Shown in pieces: positions 59,957 through 64,000 of a DNA stretch of 64,000 nucleotides. Positions within the stretch are counted from its first letter, which is position 1. Every line of letters begins with the position of its first letter. This stretch comes from Erysipelotrichales bacterium (GTDB lineage: Bacteria; Bacillota_I; Bacilli_A; RF39; UBA660). Under the pieces are notes generated by a model, which searched no databases, had not been told where the DNA came from, and worked only from the letters and a program-made list of their open reading frames with translations. The stretch covers positions 69,599 through 133,598 of the forward strand of contig JAFLUY010000003.1 in assembly GCA_022508565.1 (NCBI GenBank), in the 5' to 3' direction. A program made the translations under genes and the position numbers.

Positions 59957-61948
59957 ATGGAACTATCAAAGATAAAAGGTATTGGTCCTAAAACAATAGA
60001 ATATCTTAATAAAATAAATATCTATGATTGTGATTCTCTTCTTAGATATTATCCTTATAGATATAATGTTTTAACGCCAACTTTATTAGATGATAATACA
60101 AGTGATGAAACCATTATTATACCCGGAACTATTACATCTCTTCCTAAGGTATCATATATTAAAAGAAACTTTAATAGACTAAGTTTTACGTTTGAAACTA
60201 ATAAAATACCAATTAATGTAGTAATCTTTAATCGTGCTTTTCTTGCAAGAAATCTAACTATTGGCAAAAAAGTAACGTTAGTGGGTAAATATAATAGATT
60301 AAATAATCAATTTGTAGCAGCTGATATATTATTATATGAATTGAAGAGCACTAAAGTAGAACCTGTGTACCATACTATTAATGGATTAAAGATGAGTACA
60401 ATTACTAAATCAATTAATAATTGCTTGTTATCAAATATTGAAATAAAGGAAATAATCCCAGAATATATTACAAGCAAATATGATTTTATTGATACTAAAG
60501 CAGCAATTAAAGAAATTCATAATCCTTCAAATACTAATTTACTTAAAAGTGCTCGTTTAAAACTAATTTACGAAGAATTATTTGAGTTTATGTTTAAGAT
60601 TAATATAATGAAGTATAAAAACCAAATATATGATGATTTTTCAATTAAGCTAGTTGAAGATAATGCACTAGAAAATATACTTTCAAGTATTCCATTTTCT
60701 TTAACAAATGATCAATTAAGCGCTATTAATGAAATAATATCTGACTTTAAAGGTTTTAAAAGAATGAATAGATTAATACTAGGCGATGTTGGATCAGGAA
60801 AAACGATTGTGGCATTTATTGCAATTATATTAAATAAATTAAGTGGTTTCCAAAGTGCACTCCTTGCACCTACAGAAGTTTTAGCACATCAACATTATGA
60901 AAACTTTATTAGTCTATTTAAGGATATAAAAGTTGGATTATTAGTTGGTTCATTAACTAAAAAAGAGAAAAATGAAATAATAGAAAAACTAAAAAATAAC
61001 GAAATTGATCTTTTAATTGGTACTCATGCAATGTTAGAAGAGAATGTTGAATTTGCAAATATCGGATTAGTCATAACTGATGAACAACATCGATTTGGAG
61101 TTAATCAAAGAAAATCATTACAAAATAAAGGGAAGTATGTTGATGTTCTTTATATGTCAGCAACTCCAATACCAAGAACGTATGCGTTAACTATTTATGG
61201 TGATATGGATATATCCTATATTAAAGAAAAACCTGCTGGAAGGAAAGACATAATCACAAAGCAATATAAGTTTAAAGACATGAAAAAGATAGTATCTACT
61301 ATTGAAGAAGAACTAGAAAATGGACATCAAGCTTACGTTATTGCACCATTAATTGAAGATGAAAATAATACTGAATTAAATGATTTAAAACAAATTGAAG
61401 ATATTTTAAAAGAAAACCTAAAAAAAAATTATAATGTTGGAATACTTCACGGTAAGATGAAACAAGTCGAAAAAGACAAAGTTATGAACAATTTCAAAGA
61501 AGGAAATCTTGATATTCTTATATCTACAACTGTTATTGAAGTTGGGGTAGATGTTAAGAATGCTACAATTATTACAATATTTAATGCTGAAAGATTTGGC
61601 TTAGCAACTCTTCATCAGCTAAGAGGAAGAGTAGGAAGAAATTCGCTACAATCAAAATGCCTACTTATTTCTGATAAAGATACAGAAAGATTAAGTGTTA
61701 TGGAAGAAAGTAATGACGGATTCTATATTTCAGAAAAAGATTTTGAAATAAGAGGATCAGGAGATTTATTTGGAATTAGACAATCTGGTGATATGACATT
61801 TAAAATTGCTGATATTAGGAGAGATTTTAAGATATTATTACAATGCAAAAAAGATGCAGAAGATTTTGTTTTAAATAATATTGAGACAGACTTCCGTGAT
61901 TACTCTTACTACAAAGATATACTAGAGCATTTAATCAATAATAATTGA
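59957..61948 (+). CDS. recG: ATP-dependent DNA helicase RecG
   Basis: GDVGSGKT, DEQHRFGV, QLRGRVGR, N-terminal wedge domain. TGnTATAAT promoter at 59765-59773 gives an about 175-nt structured 5' UTR. Confidence 0.9.
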   Translation: MELSKIKGIGPKTIEYLNKINIYDCDSLLRYYPYRYNVLTPTLLDDNTSDETIIIPGTITSLPKVSYIKRNFNRLSFTFETNKIPINVVIFNRAFLARNLTIGKKVTLVGKYNRLNNQFVAADILLYELKSTKVEPVYHTINGLKMSTITKSINNCLLSNIEIKEIIPEYITSKYDFIDTKAAIKEIHNPSNTNLLKSARLKLIYEELFEFMFKINIMKYKNQIYDDFSIKLVEDNALENILSSIPFSLTNDQLSAINEIISDFKGFKRMNRLILGDVGSGKTIVAFIAIILNKLSGFQSALLAPTEVLAHQHYENFISLFKDIKVGLLVGSLTKKEKNEIIEKLKNNEIDLLIGTHAMLEENVEFANIGLVITDEQHRFGVNQRKSLQNKGKYVDVLYMSATPIPRTYALTIYGDMDISYIKEKPAGRKDIITKQYKFKDMKKIVSTIEEELENGHQAYVIAPLIEDENNTELNDLKQIEDILKENLKKNYNVGILHGKMKQVEKDKVMNNFKEGNLDILISTTVIEVGVDVKNATIITIFNAERFGLATLHQLRGRVGRNSLQSKCLLISDKDTERLSVMEESNDGFYISEKDFEIRGSGDLFGIRQSGDMTFKIADIRRDFKILLQCKKDAEDFVLNNIETDFRDYSYYKDILEHLINNN

Positions 61949-61971
61949 CAAATTTTCAAAATTTGTATAAT
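61945..61971 (+). promoter_or_regulatory. strong promoter (perfect TTGACA plus TGTATAAT) driving the small-RNA candidate
   Basis: TTGACA 61945-61950, TATAAT 61966-61971 with TG immediately upstream. Spacer 15-16 nt. Confidence 0.5.
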
Positions 61972-61977
61972 ATTATT

Positions 61978-62085
61978 ATAGACATGATACCAAAATATCA
62001 TGTCCGATATCTCCAAACGATTTTACATTTTGGAGATTATCAACCAAAACCCCCTGAAGAGAGCGCAAGCTCTCATTTTTGTTTG
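61978..62085 (+). ncRNA. candidate small RNA (three hairpins, C-rich single-stranded CCCCCUGAAGA, intrinsic terminator)
   Basis: Hairpins GACATGATA/TATCATGTC, ATCTCCAAA/TTTGGAGAT, and terminator GAGAGC-GCAA-GCTCTC plus AUUUUUGUUUG. The downstream gene has its own TGATATAAT promoter at about 62135. Confidence 0.4.
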
Positions 62086-62162
62086 TCTGATAGTATCGCG
62101 TAATTATTATTGTTTCCGATTTAAAAAAAAACTATGATATAATTAATTATAGGAGGGTAATA

Positions 62163-63011
62163 ATGGAAGCAAGAGATTTAAAAAAGTTATCATTATCTAA
62201 TTTAGCATTTATAGCTTTAAATCCAACTTCTAAATCAGACTTAAAAAAATTTGCTGAAATAGAGATACAATATCGAATGAGAAACTTAGGTATGGAGTAT
62301 CAAGATTTTCTTCATAATGAAAATGAATGCCTAAACGTTAGAGGTTTTGATTTAAGAAATTATTTAATTGGACCAAAACCAACTATGCAACAATTAATGG
62401 AGTTGTATTATAAAGAATTATATGGAAACCAACTTGAACTTAGTAATTTACTATTTAGTGAAAGACATCTTTGCAATGTACTAGATTTTCCAGGAGGATT
62501 CTTTAATAGAATATGTGATTTAGAAATTGACAATTTAGATAGATTATCAAGAGAAAACGCAACAGAATATAATGAGTTGTCTTTAGATTTGTTTAAACAG
62601 GCTTTGGTTGAACGCAAAACTTGCATAGAAGACACAAAAAAATTCTATGAAGGAAGTGAGCTTTTTACACTTAATGATGCAGTTCAGTATATAAGTGATG
62701 AAATGATGTTGGAGTTTGGTACAAACCTAACAGATGAACAATACTATCAACTTTCAGGTTCAAGATTAAGAATTCTAAAACACCTTTTCTTAGAATTTTT
62801 AAACGATGGTATACTTGATGCAGATTTCTTCCAAGAATCGTATGCATTATGGAAAGCACTTGAAGATAGATCTAAATTAAGTTTACAAAGAAGAATACTG
62901 CTTAGTGAAGCTAAAAATGGTAATTCGATTAATTACAAAGCACCTGAAATGCAGGCAGTTTTAAAAAAGATAAAAACTCACTTAAATGAACAAAAGAATG
63001 AAAGCAAATAA
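62163..63011 (+). CDS. hypothetical protein (282 aa)
   Basis: ORF with AGGAGGG RBS and its own extended -10 promoter. Terminator GCAAAT..ATTTGC plus T7 at 63005-63030. Confidence 0.5.
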   Translation: MEARDLKKLSLSNLAFIALNPTSKSDLKKFAEIEIQYRMRNLGMEYQDFLHNENECLNVRGFDLRNYLIGPKPTMQQLMELYYKELYGNQLELSNLLFSERHLCNVLDFPGGFFNRICDLEIDNLDRLSRENATEYNELSLDLFKQALVERKTCIEDTKKFYEGSELFTLNDAVQYISDEMMLEFGTNLTDEQYYQLSGSRLRILKHLFLEFLNDGILDADFFQESYALWKALEDRSKLSLQRRILLSEAKNGNSINYKAPEMQAVLKKIKTHLNEQKNESK

Positions 63012-63159
63012 TTAAATTTGCTTTTTTTATTGATATATTTTTAATAAATATGTCTAAGAAAGAACACTTTAGAAATATGTGCGCATCATAAAAACAACTA
63101 AAAAAGAGGTCATTGACTTAATAAGTTTTTCTTATATATAATTAAGTTGGTGATAAAAT

Positions 63160-63795
63160 ATGGCATCTTCAATTATACATATAGCAGTTGCTAATGAGAT
63201 TAATAAAGAATTAAATAAAGACAAAAGTAAAATACTTATTGGTACAATAGCACCAGATATTTCTAAACATATTGGTGAGCCGAAGGTAGGAAGTCATTTT
63301 TTAATAGATCCTGAAAGTGGCATTCCCAACATTCAGAAGTTTTTAGATAAATATAAGAATAATTTAACTGATGATTTTGTAATGGGTTATTTCATTCATT
63401 TATATACAGATTACTTATGGTTTAAATACTTTATACCAGAATTTATTGATACAGAAAAGATTACAGTAACAAAAAAAGATGGAACAACAATCAAATGTAG
63501 TCTTCACCTATTGGATTTATTTGTCTATAATGACTATTCAAATATAAACAATTCTTTAATTGATGAATATGATCTAGATTTAAAAATATTTTATGAAGAA
63601 GTTCCAAAATTAGATAATATAATAGAAGAGATTCCAATGGATAGGATTGATATAATTGTTAATAAAACAGGCATAATTATTGAGAATTCTAAAGAAACAA
63701 AGGAGTTGACTTTCGGTATGGATGAAATAAAACAATTTATCAGTATGTGTGTAAAAATCATATCAGAAGAAATAAATAGACTAAATATTTGTTAA
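63160..63795 (+). CDS. hypothetical protein, possible metal-dependent hydrolase (His/Asp-rich N-terminus HIAVANEI...APDI...SHF...HLYTDY)
   Basis: ORF with TTGACT-17-TATATA promoter upstream. Terminator AAGCTTA..TAAGCTT plus T7 after the stop. Confidence 0.4.
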   Translation: MASSIIHIAVANEINKELNKDKSKILIGTIAPDISKHIGEPKVGSHFLIDPESGIPNIQKFLDKYKNNLTDDFVMGYFIHLYTDYLWFKYFIPEFIDTEKITVTKKDGTTIKCSLHLLDLFVYNDYSNINNSLIDEYDLDLKIFYEEVPKLDNIIEEIPMDRIDIIVNKTGIIIENSKETKELTFGMDEIKQFISMCVKIISEEINRLNIC

Positions 63796-63905
63796 TTATA
63801 ATATAAGCTTACTAAATAAGCTTTTTTTATTACAAAATTTAATAAATATATCTTGATTATTATTGAATAATAAATTATACTAAATTATCAAGAAAAGGTG
63901 ATTAT

Positions 63906-64000
63906 ATGAGTATACAAGAAAACATTGAGAATTATGCAAAATGGCCAAATGCAAAATTAATTGCGCTTTCAGAATCTAGTGATGAGTTTAAGAATATACT
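63906..64000 (+). CDS. partial ORF (5' end only) MSIQENIENYAKWPNAKLIALSESS...
   Basis: ATG at 63906 preceded by AAAAGGTGA. Runs off the window. Confidence 0.3.
   Translation, partial: MSIQENIENYAKWPNAKLIALSESSDEFKNI

Noticed and set aside
58884-62859. Antisense ORFs 58884-59138, 60055-60267, 62408-62635, 62671-62859
   Set aside because: All embedded opposite better-supported genes.
1-64000. Possibility that the organism uses genetic code 4 (Mollicutes-like, UGA=Trp) given extreme AT content
   Set aside because: Long conserved genes (gyrA, gyrB, mfd, dnaX, recG) are intact under the standard code. No conserved protein is truncated at a TGA. The tmRNA tag frame is read without needing UGA. 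Sporulation genes are present.

Overview
This window reads as the replication-origin region of a very AT-rich, spore-forming Firmicute using the standard genetic code. The evidence is the origin-proximal gene order typical of Bacillus/Clostridia, which reads rpmH-rnpA-yidC-jag-mnmE-mnmG-rsmG-noc on the + strand and dnaA-dnaN-recF-gyrB-gyrA on the - strand. Gene orientation switches at about 38.1 kb, with - strand genes to the left and + strand genes to the right, which places oriC in the dnaA/rpmH spacer. To the left of the origin there is a long - strand block with Bacillus-like synteny. It contains tadA, dnaX, ybaB, recR, a bofA-like gene, holB, yaaT, yabB, pth, mfd, a nudix gene, metG, tatD, a yabE-like gene, ksgA, yabG, spoVG, yabP, yabQ and divIC. 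This block also carries an SRP RNA, a T-box leader and a tmRNA. The 3' half of the window (about 46-64 kb) encodes a class A PBP, rpoE, prfA-prmC, spoIIR, murA, rpmE, rpiB, spoIID, a LytM-like protein and recG. The 5' end (about 0.8-12 kb) holds accessory genes: an envelope-protein operon, a family-4-like UDG, an orphan QueE-like radical-SAM enzyme, a PP2C-like protein, a class-II UvrA paralog and an M32 peptidase. The most notable sequence-level observations are as follows. There is a tight array of four perfect Spo0J-type parS palindromes just downstream of gyrA. There is a perfect Noc-binding-site palindrome inside dnaX. A ComK-family ORF occupies the dnaN-recF slot. An unknown ORF is inserted in the mnmE-mnmG operon. 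The origin spacer is built from repeated non-canonical 9-mers (TTTTCAACA / TTTTCGACA) instead of TTATCCACA. There are two promoter/terminator-defined small-RNA candidates flanking recG that share a CCCCCUGARGA motif. All calls are from reading the sequence; no database searches were run.
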